Origin: Callorhinchus milii
Taxonomy: Eukaryota
Reading direction: 5' to 3'
NCBI RefSeq assembly: GCF_018977255.1
Contig: NW_024704743.1
Coordinates: forward strand, 103,232,001-103,296,000
Length of the DNA: 64,000 nucleotides
A model generated the notes under the pieces. The model saw nothing but the letters and a program-made list of their open reading frames with translations, had not been told where the DNA came from and searched no databases. Both the position numbers and the translations under genes were made by a program. Below are positions 12,626 through 26,435 of this stretch, in pieces (position 1 is the stretch's first letter; each line of letters opens with the position of its first letter).

Positions 12626-13618
12626 TCCTCACATGGTCTTTAACTGGATCTCCTTTGTTTCGCCATCCCTGAAGTGAGATCCTGCAGACCTCTGCCCCAT
12701 TAAAGATATTATTCATAATAATAATAATACTTCTGGTACCAAAGGTGGAAACAGAGAGGTAGAGTTGTTTGGGTGTCATCAGGATACATATAGAAGTGGC
12801 CCAGTGGAAATACGGAGCTGAAAAGACAAGCTGTTAGAGAAGAGATTTAGTAACAATGCTGATCTTTGTTCCTTACACAGATTAATGGTATCGATCTTGC
12901 TCATTTGGTAGCACTTTAACCCCAAGTCAAAAAGTTATGGGTTCAGGCTCGACGCTGGGAGATAGAACTCATATTCACAATTCACAAGATTGATATGTTC
13001 ACGTACAAAATGCACAGTCATTCACTTTACACTATACTTTGGTGGACTTTGAGATGTTATCTCAACATAAAAAAAATACTATATCCAATGCAAGAATTCT
13101 AAAAATTATTGCTATTAATTGTTAATTGCTACCAACATCATTAAATAATGTACCCTATAAAAATCTCAAACATTTTTCAACAGAATATAGAAAGAAAACT
13201 ACAAAGTTTCTTAACAAATTATGGTCGCATGCAGTCTGTTAATAAATATTGCAATCAGTTATTGGATGATAGTTGGCAGCTTTTAGATATGAACAACTTT
13301 AATCCAAGCTTTGGTGCAATAAATAACCCTGAAGGTTTCAATGCTCCCATTCCTGCTCTCGATGATGGAGAGTAGCATTTCATCGTTCTTATGGAGCACT
13401 GACTTAATTCAATCATGTTTCTGTGAAGCAGAAGTAAAATGCTGGCTTCAGGGATGAGGAACAGAAGCTATGCAAAGTGTACTTCAGACCCAACCACTCT
13501 ACATAAGTTTGTGGTGGGGGGGAGAAACAAAAATAGTAGATAATTACATTGAAATTCCACTATTTCTTAAGAGAGTCAATGTGATAAATCCCTCATCAAA
13601 TCGGTTTTGAAACATCAC

Positions 13619-13843
13619 GGGGTAAAAATTCCTATTGTGTCTTGATATATTATATATAGCAATGTAGTATTTCAGAGCAAGCAGATTTTTGCTAAATTCT
13701 TAAATACAGCTTCAATTTTGAAGTCGGTTTCTGTAAGTTTGCTTTAATCAAAACCGAGACTAAATTCAACAACTTGCCAAACTCTAGATGTTCTAAAATG
13801 CTACATAAATCGAGTAAATCGAGACCTGTTAGAATTTTATCCC
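13619..13843. mobile_element. MITE-like element with imperfect terminal inverted repeats
   Basis: ggggtaaaaattcctattgtgtcttgat ... gagtaaatcgagacctgttagaattttatccc; internal ttctgtaagttt shared with the 21310 copy. Confidence 0.6.
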
Positions 13844-15774
13844 ATGCATTTTTCACCAACATTTTATAGACATGAGATCCTGGAGCTCAGATTCCACGGT
13901 CTACTTCAAAAAAGGATATTTCTGCCTCTTGCTGCAATAGATCTTGTATGTGACAGGTTTCCTGGAGGCCACGTCAGTATCAATGAAATGTTATCATAAT
14001 CCTTAGGCACTCAACCCATTCCTCTCTACAAGCAGGCTGTCATCTGAAGGAAAGCTGACTTTAGATTGCTCTTATTCTTTTGGAAGAACAATCATCTTTT
14101 AAAGCACAATTTAAAAGGTGAATCTCCAAATGGAAAAGGAGGTTACAACACAATGCTGGTATGCATAGATCATCCAATACTTTCCTCCTTTGAGAAAAGT
14201 TGGAAAAGTTAAGAAAATATTTCCTGGAGCTTGAACGCACAATCTTCTGACTCAGAAGTGAGAGTGCTACCAACTTAGCCAAGCTGCCTATACTTTGGCA
14301 GACTTTTTATAGACATAGCACCAATGAGACAGAAAATCTACGCATCGCATGATTGGTAATAAAGCTTTCCCTCACTTCTTTCCACAATGATACAACAACA
14401 AATACTTGTACTTAGATTCTAGCTTTTACAATATGCACAGTAGCCAAACAGAATGCTGCACATTGGAGGAGTGTAAAAAGGTAGAAAGGAAAGGTGACCA
14501 TAGATCAAAGAGGTCAGTCTTAATGTGGGATTTAAAGATCGATATAGAAGTGGTGGAATTAAACCAGGGAGTCACCCTCCTCCCTTGCTTGGTATCCAAC
14601 CCAACATTGTGCAGCTCCCTGTAATGTGAAGGGTGCTATACAGCAAACTCCTGATATCTCAACTCTGGGTTAACTTGTCACTACCGCTTAAGTCATCATG
14701 CTATCATCTCAGCCACGTGTCATTTATTTATACATTTATACATATGCCTAACTTGCTATTCCAGGTAAGTCGTCATTGAGCTTTTTTTCCCTTGGAGCAC
14801 CAACTTATCAGTGGTTCAGTGTAAATGGAATTTCTTCCGGATGTTAGGAAGTTAATGGGTAATAAATATGATCTCCATTGAAGAACATGGCATCGGTGAA
14901 AAGTTAATAAGGAAACAATAGTTATTTCTACTTTTCAGAAATTATTTCCCAATTTTTTTAAGGCTCCTTCCACCTACTGTATTTTGCAATGGTATCCTTT
15001 GTGAAAAAAAATGCAACATAGCTCTCTCCAATGTTAAAACAGCTACAGACCATTTTTCCATGAAAACTTGACTGGATAAGGAATGAAAACAGTTTGTTGT
15101 TTATAAACAGTCTTTTATTGATCTCCGTTGAGAAAGGATCTTCTGCGAAGCTAGTCACAACCAGCTCCCACCATATCTTTGGAGATTGATTATCAGTCTC
15201 CAAAATGTAAACATCCCAAATATAATTTGATATACTATTTAACATATTAATCCTGCAAATGCATGATTTATTGGAAGGAATCTGCCATTGTCACTTCAAA
15301 ACCAGATTGAAACAGAGTGTTCTGGGATAACTTGCTTCCAATTTTCTCTCTCTTTGTGGGGCAACACCTGTCCTCAGTTGGGCATTCCCCTTCATGACAA
15401 GTAAAAATAGAAATATTGCTATCTGATCTGATGAAACAAAGCTACGAGTCCTTGTGTACTCAGCAATGTTTATTTTGCACCACAAGCAGCACCATATCGC
15501 TCGGAAAAAACAACTTTTAATAAAACAGTGTTAACCATATGCTGCATTTTGGAAGGGAGGGCTCCAGAAAGGAAAGGGGATTTTATCATAGCATGAGTTG
15601 ACGCCCTCCCGACGTGAAAAGCGCTATACAAATGTAATCTTGTTGCTGTTGTTGTTGAAGGGTTGTGTGTTGTGCATTGCACCTTGCATAACTTTATAAA
15701 TATTTCTGGGATGAAATCTGAGGACTAAAGTGAGACAGATGAGGATAGAGTGAATCCTAAGCAGTTTTCAATGA

Positions 15775-17600
15775 ACAATACAACAACAACAAGATTACAC
15801 TTGTATAGTGCCTTTCACGTCGGGAGGACATCCCAAGGCGCTGGACAGCGTACAGCATTTGAGACCCAAACTGGAGTTAGGGGGGGAGAAGGGAGGGGAG
15901 CGGAAGGGGTGTGGCCGATGGCATGGTCGAAGAGGAGGGTCTTGAGGTGGAACTTGAAGGAGGCTAAGGAGGGGGTGAGACAGAGTGACTGGGAGATGGA
16001 ATTCCAGAAGTTGGAGGCAGAGTGGCTAAAGGCTCTCGCGCCAATGGTGGGGCGGGTGGGTCGGGGGACGTGGAGCAGGCCAGAGTCAGATGAGCGAAGG
16101 GAGCGGGCGGGATGGTAGGCGGTTAGGAAGTCGCAGAGGTAGGGTGGGGCGTGGCCATGGAGGGCTTTGTATGTGAGGACCAGGCTCTATAACTGGATCC
16201 TCTCAAGCCAATAGAGTCGGGCGAGAGTGGGAGAGATGGGGTCACGGAGTTTGGTGCGGGAGAGGACATGGGCTGCAGATTTCTGGATTATCTGCAGCCT
16301 GTGGAGGGAGGAGTTGGGAAGGCCGACAAGCAGGGCGTTTTCTTAGTTGATCCTGGAGGTGATGGAGGCAAGAACAAGAGTTTCAGCGGCCTGAGGGGTG
16401 AGGTAGTGGCGGAGTCGGGCGATGTTATGGAGGTGAGGGAAGGCAGAGTGGGTCATGGCTTGAATGTGGAGAAGAAAAAATGGTTGAGGGTCGAACAAGA
16501 CACCTAGGTTCCTGACTGACTTGGTGAGTTGTAGTGTGCAACCATGGAAGTTGATGTTGCCAGAGCCTGAGGTACTGAGGTGGTGGCACGAGCCAATCAG
16601 GAAGGCCTCAGTGTTGTTCACATTCAGCTGTAAGAAATTTGCCCTCATCCAGGATTTGATGTTTGACAGGCAGTCTGTCAGGTCAGCAGTGGTCCTGGAG
16701 TTGAGGGTGGAGGCAGAAAGATAGAGTTGGGTGTCATCCGCATACATGTGAAAGTTGACCCCATGTCTGTGGATGATGTCACGAAGGGGGAGCACGTAGA
16801 TATTAAAGAGGAGAGGGCCAAGGACAGAGCCCTGGGGGACGCCAGATGTGACAATGCAGGGGCTGGAGGAGAAACCGTTAGACGCAACAAAGTGGAGATG
16901 GTGAGAGGGATAGGAATCGAACCAGGCAAGGGCAGATCGGTGAAGACTGAATAAAGCGGAGAGGCGGTGTATGAGGATGGAGTGGTCGACAATGTGGAAG
17001 GCAGCAGAGAGGTCGAGGAGGACAAGGAGGCTGAGGGAGCCCTGATCACAGATGTTCAGAATGTCATTAGTGACTTTGACCAGAGCTGTTTCCGTGCTGT
17101 GGGCAGCGCGGAAGCTGGATTGGAGGGGTTCAAAGAGGGAATGGTGAGAGAGAAAGGAGCGGAGCTGGGACACAACGATTCATTCCAGGACCTTGGAGAG
17201 GAATGGGGGTTTAGAGATGGGGCGGTAGCTGGAGAGTAGGGATGGATCCAGGGAACGTTTCTTCAGGATGGAGGTGATGACGACTGTTTTTAGGGGGGTG
17301 GGAACTGAACTGGTGGACAAGGAGAGGTTGATGACATTGGACAGGAGAGGGGCCAATAGATGGAGCTGGGAGACGAGGAGAGAGGTGGGGATGGGATCGA
17401 GGGAGCAGGTGGTGGATTTGAGTTTGCAAGCAGTCGTGGCGAGGGAGGAGAGAGAGACAGGGTAAAAGGAGTATAGGCGTGGGTGGGGCTGGGTCATGAG
17501 GGAGAGGTGATGTGGGGGTGGCTGTGGATGGGGCTGAGGTGGCTGAATGTATCCCCTCGATTTTAGATTCGAGGAGGTCCAGCATCTCCTCATAGTTGGA
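15775..17600 (-). mobile_element. L2 LINE, 1.8 kb 5'-truncated, frameshifted
   Basis: ORF 16343-17173 with [38 protein letters not shown] 17180-17653 with LDPIPT and YRPIS; (CAA)n tail. Confidence 0.95.
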
Positions 17601-17696
17601 ATACCAATATGTCTGATCACGACGTTCATACAAATTCTATAAAAACTATGCATTACCTTTCAACAGTATTCCTCCTGCATCCTTAATTCAGGTACT

Positions 17697-18490
17697 AGCC
17701 TAGCTCAGTTCAAAGCACTTTCACTTCTGGGTTCGAGCCCCATGCTTACCTTCGATCTCACATAGTCTGTCTGACATTCCTATGCAATGCCAGGGGTGTG
17801 TTTCATTGTCAGAGATGTTGTCCTTCAGATAAGATGCTAAAACACTCTGAGATGCTGCCTTGCGCGAGGGGCGCTAAATAAATGCAAATTGTTTCGGTTG
17901 TTAAACTGAGATCCCATCTGTTCTGGTTATCATTAAAGATAATAATAATAATAATCCTTGCATTTGATATAGCGCTTTTCATGTCAGGAGGACGTCCCAA
18001 AGCGCTTCACAGAACTGTAAAGTGAATTGACTGTATGTTTGTGGGCGAACGCGGCAGCCAATTGCGCACATCAATGTCCCACAAACAGTCGGTAGATTGA
18101 AAATGACCAATTTATTATTGTTTTTGTTCTTTTGGAGGGATTATTATTAGACGTGTGGAGTAAGGAAACTTGCCCAAGGTTTCGCCCTGCCTGGAATTGA
18201 ACTCAGGTCTCTCTCGCTTGCAAAGCGAGTGCTCTAACCACTGAGCTACAGGACTCCACGCAGATCCCATCGCACTACTTAAAAAGAGAAGGGAATTTCT
18301 ACTGGCATCCTAACCAACAATCCCCAGATAAAATCATTTACCTCATGCATGTTTGTGGGGCAATGTTGTGCACAATTGGGCTGCCACATTTGCCTACAAA
18401 AATACAATCACTGCACTCTGAGACATCCACTACATGCTTAGAGATGTTATGATGACGTGATAAGATTTTTTTATCAAATGCGAGAATTAT
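17697..18490 (+). mobile_element. Old DeuSINE host split by a young SINE and a short L2-type tail
   Basis: Head ctagctcagttcaaagcact; gtcagagatgttgtccttcagataagatg; resumes agatcccatcgcactac at about 18262. Confidence 0.75.
17941..18259 (-). mobile_element. Young tRNA-Ala(TGC)-headed SINE, short form
   Basis: Reverse complement GTGGAGTCCTGTAGCTCAGTGGTTAGAGCACTCGCTTTGCAAGCGAG..GAGTTCAATTCC (A and B boxes); L2-like 3' end; (ATT)n tail. Confidence 0.92.
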
Positions 18491-18709
18491 GTATTTATTT
18501 TTGTTCTAATGGCAGTGTCAGAACACCTATTTTCTAGGGCTGCAGAAAGTTTCAAAATTAGAAAGTGGTTTTAGCAAACATTGCAAATAAGGTCTTTTGA
18601 TGTAAGAAGGAAAGTTGGGTGGAATTTTCAAATTTTCAATTTTCAAACTTTTGGGTGGATCCAAAATTTGCATTCCTAAAATCATACACCCCACCATTGT
18701 TTATTTTCC

Positions 18710-19100
18710 CCTTCAAAGCCCCCCACGGTCTTGCTCCCCCCTACCTCTGCAAACTCCTAACCCCCTACCATCTTGCTCGTTCCCTCAGCTCAGCGGGCTC
18801 CAGCCTGCTTCACGTTCCCCGCCTCGCTCGCCCTACTATTGGCGGGCGGGCCTTCCACCACTCTGCCCCACCCTCTGGAAATCCATCCCACAATCCCTCC
18901 ACCTCACCTCCTCCCTTGCCACCTTCAAGACCCATCTCAAGACTCTCCTCTTCAATTTCAATCTCCCTGCTTTCCCCCTGTCCTCCACCATCCCGGATGT
19001 CAACCCCCAGCTCGGGTCCGTAACTTTGTCTGTCCAAGGCCTTGGAACATCCTTCCGATGTGAAAGGTGCTATACAAATGTAATTTTGTTGTTGTTGTTG
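18710..19100 (+). mobile_element. L2 3' fragment
   Basis: FKAPHGLAPPYL..RPTIGGRAF, LWKSIPQSL..FKTHLKTLLF; (TTG)n tail. Confidence 0.9.
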
Positions 19101-20190
19101 TTTTGGGTTATCCTAATCCTTGCATTTGTTACATTGCCTTATAATTCATTGAAGCACCTTGGAACAATCTACAGGATTTCCTGTAACATGTATTTGTAGG
19201 TGAATTGCAGCAGCCAATTGTTGTTGTTGTTGAAATATAGTGCATTAGGTTTTGTCTTTGGTTATTGCTTTTGTCATTTTTAATGAGAGTTCATCTCCAT
19301 CTGTAATTAATTAATTAATTGATTACTGCCTGTATAATTAATGAATTTATAAAGTACTCAGTTCATTCTAAATCTGACACCCCCAGAATTTGACTTACAG
19401 ACATGTAGACGTAAGGATCTTTGTTGTCAGTGTTCCTGTCATGTTCCTCAACCACACTCATTTAAACACTTTGATCATCACCTGCAGACAGGGAAGTCTA
19501 AAAGACAAACTATGCAAATTAATTTCCCATTTTCATCGGAGACAGCTTATGCAAGCAACATCACTACTGTGATTTTAAAGTTGTAGAAGTTTGCAAGATC
19601 ATATGAGGCAAATGAAAGGGATAACAACAACATTAGAATGAGTACACTTTATTGTAATCTCTGTCAGCAGTTTATTGCAACATTCTCTCTCACACTCTTT
19701 CTCTCTCTCAGGCTGGACTCTATATTACAGGGGGTGCTCGCTTCTAAGCGCTCTGAGTTGCCATCCGGCGTGAAGGCCGCTATATAAATGCAAGTTGTTG
19801 CTGTTGTTGTTGCAACAAGCATTTTTTTCTTACAATGAGTTAAGTATAATGACTCTGTGCATCAATGAATTCTGCAAAAAAAAGGAATCTAATTGGAATT
19901 CACGTGGTTTTGCATAGGATACTAGCTCAACGATGGAGTAAATCCCATGAGAGCATAAATTATATCCCAATCAATTCAATTTCCCACATGAGGCATTTCC
20001 TCTTAGAAAGTGTCCATAATCTTGTCCACCTTACATCCATGCTTAACAACTTTAATATTTGTATCATTTAATCCATACAAATGACCTTGAACCTTTATGT
20101 TTGTAGTCTTGTGCTACTCCAATTATATTTAATGAAATAGTTTCCTACATGAGATTAAACTGTTTGATAAATAGCTCATAATAAAGTCAC

Positions 20191-20693
20191 AAAGCCATTG
20201 ATTTTTATAGTCGAGAATCTCTATGGTAATTGGTAACTGTACTGCTCTGTTTGGCACTGATCCATATGGATCCATAAAGGACCAGGTTTAGCCCCTGGTC
20301 TGTACACAATTACCTGAAATTAGCTGGGCTGGCAGGAGGAACGCTTTATTGGACCTGCTCCCATATGATTGAGTTTCTCCCCGTACCATGGCCAACAATT
20401 CCTTAGATTAGCTGGTTATGCATCCCCTGGCTATTTGATAGAGCTTCTCAGAGCAAATGCTTGTGTTTGCCGACAGCAATTATCTATGAAGTGCTTTAAG
20501 ACATTTCCATTCGACAATGGGCTTTAAAAATGCAATCTTTTGCCTTCCAGAAATGGAACCAATAATATATTGTGGAAAGCCATTGATTTTCACAGTCAAG
20601 AATTTCTACTCTAATTGGCACTGATCCATATGGATCCGTGAAGGACCAGGTTTAGACCCTGGTCTGTGCTCAATTAACCTGAAATTAGCTGGG
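20191..20693 (+). repeat. Local direct duplication (20191-20328 and 20576-20693) containing an old SINE-like head
   Basis: Both copies read aaagccattgatttt..ttggcactgatccatatggatcc..aaggaccaggtttag.ccctggtctgt..cctgaaattagctggg. Confidence 0.8.
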
Positions 20694-20707
20694 TTAACTT
20701 CCAGCTC

Positions 20708-21075
20708 GTGGAGTCCTGTAGCTCAGTGGTTAGAGCACTCACCTCGCAAGCAAGAGACCTGAGTTTGATTCCTGGCAGAGCGAAATGTTGGACAAGTTTC
20801 CTTACTCCACACGCCTCTGTTTACCTAGCAGTAAATAGGAACCCGGTTGTTAGGTCAATTGGTGGATCGCTTTCCTGGGAATAATAATCCTTCAAAAAAA
20901 AAACAATAATAATTTGGTCACTCAATTCATGACTGTTTGTGGAACACTGTAATTGACTGCCACGTTTCACCCACAAATATACAGTCAATTTACTTTACAG
21001 TATATTCTGTGAAGCGCTTTGAGATGTCTAGAATATGTGAAAAGCGCTATATCAAATGCAAGGATTATTATTATT
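20708..21075 (+). mobile_element. tRNA-headed SINE, long form
   Basis: GTGGAGTCCTGTAGCTCAGTGG head; extra segment tctgtttacctagcagtaaataggaacccggttgtt..ggatcgctttcc; tail gaaaagcgctatatcaaatgcaagg(att)n. Confidence 0.9.
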
Positions 21076-21308
21076 TATTATATAAAGCCCTGCTCCAAAA
21101 ATTACATTGGCAAGGGACTGACAAACACATGTATGAAGTTCCATTAAGTTGTATTGAGCATTGATTGGTTCTTAATGTTATAAAAAAGCAGGTTATGCAA
21201 CTCATTTTTACAGCATTTCAATGTTTTCCATAACAAGGTTGAATGAACTACCCAAGAATGTTCAAGCATCATTTTTGAATGATGGCCAAATCAATTTGTA
21301 GCCGCTGC

Positions 21309-21473
21309 AGGGGAGAAATTCCACTTGGGTCTAGATTCATTCTAGTCATCCAGCATTATGGTTCTGTAAGTTTCTTTGAAGATCTATCTATAGAAATCCT
21401 GCACCAAATAATGGGTGCTCTGAAATACGAAGACAACAAGAGTAAATCTAGATGCAGGTGGAATTTCTCCCCT
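21309..21473. mobile_element. MITE-like element, about 35-bp terminal inverted repeats
   Basis: AGGGGAGAAATTCCACTTGGGTCTAGATTCATTCT versus AGAGTAAATCTAGATGCAGGTGGAATTTCTCCCCT. Confidence 0.75.
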
Positions 21474-22369
21474 TGTAATTATACTGATGAAGTAACGACA
21501 AATAGATGTATCAGTGGAGCTAGCCCCTCAAGATGGTCTTATCATCAGGTTGCACCTTGCACTCATGTGTGTTGCATGTTACTTCAGTGACTTAATTGGC
21601 AATTGGACATTGACAATGAGAAGAAGCAAGTATAAATAGATTCTGGGAAAGTGACTGGCAGATTGTGGAAGAGAGTGGAAGTGTAAGGTTTAAATAAAGG
21701 AACTAGTGAATCGAAATTAGATTTGCAAACATTACTGTGTTGGAATGTCAGATGAGACGGTGAGTTTAAAGTCCCTGCATGAGACTTGAACCCCAAACCT
21801 TTTCAAGCGGAGGTAGGAGTGCTACCAGGCTGGCTCCTTTTTTGAAGCTTATTATTTGGATTTAACTAAATTATCTTCACAATAGAAAAGTCCAAATTAT
21901 CTATATCACAATAATGATTCAACAACAGATTCCCACTCTGCTCCACATCCATTATTAAACTCTCAACTATTGAAAGCTTCAATGAACCAGTGCAGTGTGA
22001 ACATCACAATAGATACCTGAACTTGTCTATTTTATTTCTTTTGAGTCATTATTTAAATCATCACTCAAAGTCATACTGTTTGCACAACCATGTCATTAAA
22101 GTGGGTTGGGCAGAAGTTCATAATCACTTGGTAAACATATCTAACTCAAAATGCAAATGTCAAAACAAGAATTAACATCTTAATTACATTGCTTTGTTTA
22201 ATACTTATGCACAGATTTCAAATTTAGATGTGATTTAATTTCAATAAGAAATAAATAAGCTTATAAATCTATTTGGTAATTATTTGGTTGAAATGGGATG
22301 TGCTCTTACACTAATGTCAACAAAAAAATCTTCTTGGAACTACTTTTTATTGTGTAGTTTTCCTCTTGG

Positions 22370-22930
22370 AAAAAGATGAGAATTTCTCCCAGTATTCCAA
22401 CAAACAGTCCTCCTGATAAAATTTACTATTCACATCATGGCTGTTTGTGGGACATTGCTGTATGCAAATGTGGCTGTCGCATTCACCTACTTAATACACA
22501 GTCACAACAGTAAATCTATGAAGTGCTTTGAGACATTTTGACAACCTGGTAAGTCACTATATAAAGTGCAAGGATTATTATTTTAGCATATATTGCAGAA
22601 AAACTGATTGAGACTTTTGACCTCTGTCATTCAGAGAGCCAGCAATAAGTAGTAAGATCTTGTTTCAGATGAGATGGTAAACTAAGGTCCTGTCTGCCTG
22701 TTCAGGTGGATTTTAAAGATCCCATGATACTATTTGGCAAAAAGAGAATAGAATTCTTCCTGGCATTCTGGCCAACAACCCCCAAATTAAATTGGTCATT
22801 CACTACATGTTTATGGGACATTAACGTGAGCAAGTTGGCTACTTCATTTGGCTACAAAATACACACAGTCACGCTATTTTACTGTGAAGCGGTTTGAGAC
22901 GTCCTGAAGTGAAAGGTGCTTTACCAAATA
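22370..22930 (+). mobile_element. Two tandem partial old DeuSINEs
   Basis: ggctgtttgtgggacattgctg..tgcaaggattatta (to about 22585); ttcagatgagatggtaaactaaggtcctgtctgcctgttcaggtgg (from about 22660). Confidence 0.75.
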
Positions 22931-25900
22931 AGGAATATTGTTTAGGATTTTTTTTCAGCGTAACCTACTGTATCTAGGTTTACTTCTCTAATATGCAGAA
23001 AATAAACTTATGAAAATTGTCATTTACTGTACAATCTTATCATGGTACAGGTAACCATTTTACTGTTATATCTATTATCTACTTCTGTTAGAACATCCAT
23101 TCATCAACTAATAATACTTGCATTATCTATGCATTATCTTTCTCTGTCTGGTTTTAAGTTCAAATCCTACCTCTTTGAATGTGTAGACACCTCTTCCTCT
23201 CCTCCCCTTTGCCCAGTGTCCAAACCCATTACTGTAAAGTGCTCTGAGATGAAGGGTGATATATAAATATAAGTTGTTGTTGCATTACAGGGATAATTAA
23301 AGAAATAAGGATTTTTTATTGAGGAAAGCCACTAAAAACTGCCAAATAGATCAAGGTTATCACAAAATAAATCTACCTTTATCCATCTGCCTAAATGGTG
23401 TATTTATAAACCGGAATAGATTGAGGAGATGATACCTTTATCACCTAAAGGTATTATACTTGAGTTTCTTCATAGAGGACCGAGCTGTCTGAAACATGTT
23501 TACAGTGAAAAATATCAAAACATTGTGTTTTCCCTTAAATTCAACCAAGATGGTTTGCATTAAGGCTAGATTTATTTCTTCTACCCTTATCTTGAGTCTA
23601 CTGAGACTGTACTCCATCAGGTTTTACCATTGAATCCTCTTACATGCTATATCTCCATTCTCCAGAGGCTTCAACTAATCCAGAACTTTGTAGCCTGGGT
23701 TCTGCCCTGCACTAAAACACTGCATGTCCTTTATCTCCATCCTTGCAAAGTTATCTCAATTTCCAGTACCTAACCAAATCATTTTAACATCCATATTTCA
23801 GTCTTAAAATCCCTCCATAGTCTTGACCTGCTCTGTAAGCATCTCCAGAAGGCATCTTCTGATCTTTAGACTCTGGTCTATGGCTTTCTCTCCACTCCCT
23901 TCATTTGCCCTTCAAACGCAATGCCCACATCCTCTGGAACTCTGCATCAAAACCACTTTGCATCGTTACCTCTCTGTCTGTTGTCTATCTGTGTTAGGCT
24001 CTCTATAAATGTAATTTTGTTGTTGTTTTTGTTATTGTCTGTCTGTCTGTCTGCACAATCCTCCAGCCAACATACGTCTCAAATTTTGCCTTCAATCAAT
24101 CAAGAGCTTTGAATATTTCATCTGAATAAAATGGTGGGAAGAGGTCATTGGTAGCAGTTTGGAAGCAGACTATGTGCCCACCACTCCCATTTTGCTGTAA
24201 GCAAGGATTTGGGTTCCAACCCAATTTTGCGACATAAGGGCATAACTGACATTCATTGTTGGTGGTGCCATTCTTTGGATGAAACATTAAACCAAAGTCT
24301 ATTCTGTCTGCTAAGGGGCACAGTGAAGATGCTGTGATATGATTTTGTTTTAAACTTTCAATGTCCTGGTCAAGGATCCTCTAGGTCAGTGGTGGTTCTT
24401 CATTGAATATTTCTTGATTTATGCCATAAAGTTGGCCACCACAATTCTAGGCAAATTAGTCAACAAAAACTTGCATTTATATAGCGCTTCACACCAGATG
24501 TGCCTCGAAGCGCTTAAAATGTGTTATGTGCTTCATTGCTGCTTGTTGGACCATAGTGTGTGAAAATTAGCTGCTACGTTTTCCTATCAATGCATATTTG
24601 ATAACAATGCTGTGTGAAGCTCTTTGACACATTTCAAAACTGTCAGCATATGATCAAATGTAAGTTTTTTTATATATATAACTGTAAATGAATACATCAA
24701 CAAAAATTCAAACATTTCAAATTATAATTTCAAAATATCTATAATTCTATCGTACGCATTCTGTTTCAATTTTCATTGCTTGGTTTATTTACATTTTTGC
24801 CCACAAAATATACAGTCAATTAACTTGACAGTATATTCTGTGAAGTGCTTTGAGATGTCTGGAAGACGTGAAAAGCGCTATATCAAATGCAAGCATTATT
24901 ATTATATTATTATACTTACTGTTGGATTAACAGAGGCATGTGGAGTAAGGAAACTTGCTTAGCTGGGAATCAAACCCAGGTCCTATGACAAGCTCTATAT
25001 CAAATGCAAGAATTATTATTGTTATTTTGTAAAACTTAAAAATAATAATTTTGTGGAAAAAAGACAAAAGCACTGTACATTCTGCATTAATAAATAATAA
25101 TACTTAGATCTGGTATAGCGCCTTACCATGTCATCGAAACGTGTCAAGGCAATTCACAAGACTTACTATAAAGTGTTGTGACTATTTTGTAGGCAAATAT
25201 TTGTGTCATTCTGTCACATTTGACTTTTCCAATCGAATAATTGTTTCAGTTGGTTTACATTTTCCACATTACAAAGGAACATTTTATTTTACTTCCGTTT
25301 TAATGGACTAGGTAACCTTTAAGGTCCATTCCACACACACATTGAACAAATTTTAATTCTCTATGATATTGGACTGAATCAACTCTCAAACTACCAATTT
25401 TATGACGGCCTCAAAATTGTATTATGAAACCACTCATATGCTAACTTGCTGAACAGATGTTCCTTTGTTAATTATTCATTTTCTAATAGCTAGAGGGACA
25501 GTAATTTTCACTCAGGTTAGATATTCATTGACAAGATATTAGTATTAAAATTAATTTTGCGTGAACTGAATAATAAAAAAGCACATATTTTAATTTTGTA
25601 GAGGAATGCCCAATTTATATTTGACAGTTCGTTCTTCAGTTGCCTGGTCACATGAATTATTAACAAGACGACAAAGATTATTGTGAACTTTATAATCTTC
25701 AGTTGCATTATCACATGATTTACTGAATTGTTAATAAGACTAATTGCGGAGGTGGGAGAAAGCGGAGTGGGTCATGACACGAATATGTGATAGAAAAGAC
25801 AGTTGAGGGTCAAAGAAGATTCCAAGGTTCCGTACTGTAATACTTTCTGATTCACAGAGTGTGAGAGTGCTACCAACTGGGACAGGCTGACAGACGAGTG

Positions 25901-26435
25901 AAAAGAAAATTGCATATTTTGAATACTTTAAAAAAAGAAACACATTATTTTTATATTTTTGATTGTATTCATCTGTTATTCATGAAGCGCTTTGAGACGT
26001 CTCAAAGACGTGGTAAGGCGCTATATCAAATGCAAGTATTATTATGATTATTTTGTGCTTTGAAATGGAGATAACAAATTGCATCAGGTTAAGAAGGAGA
26101 TAGTATTTGCACATTGCTCCAATATTGAACTAGAATAATTCTACTGTCCAGTGGCAATATTTATGTGCCATGCTGTTCAGAAAATTTCTGAGTGTTTTAC
26201 TTAACACGAGCATTGATTTGATTCATTCAATTATCACGCTCCCATTTTATACTTCCTGAATCACCTCTTTAAAACAGTGCCACATACTGAGGTGATTAGT
26301 ATTAAATATCAATGGTCGAATAGTACTTCCTATTGATCACACACAGGAATTCAGGGAAGAACTATTACATTCAGTATATTACGGCTATCTTGCTTAAAGC
26401 AAAGAATATGCAATATTAGACGGCTTTTGTTTATT

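Noticed and set aside
14958..15255. Minus-strand 95-aa ORF behind a catttgcag acceptor
   Set aside because: No recognisable homology and no convincing partner exons
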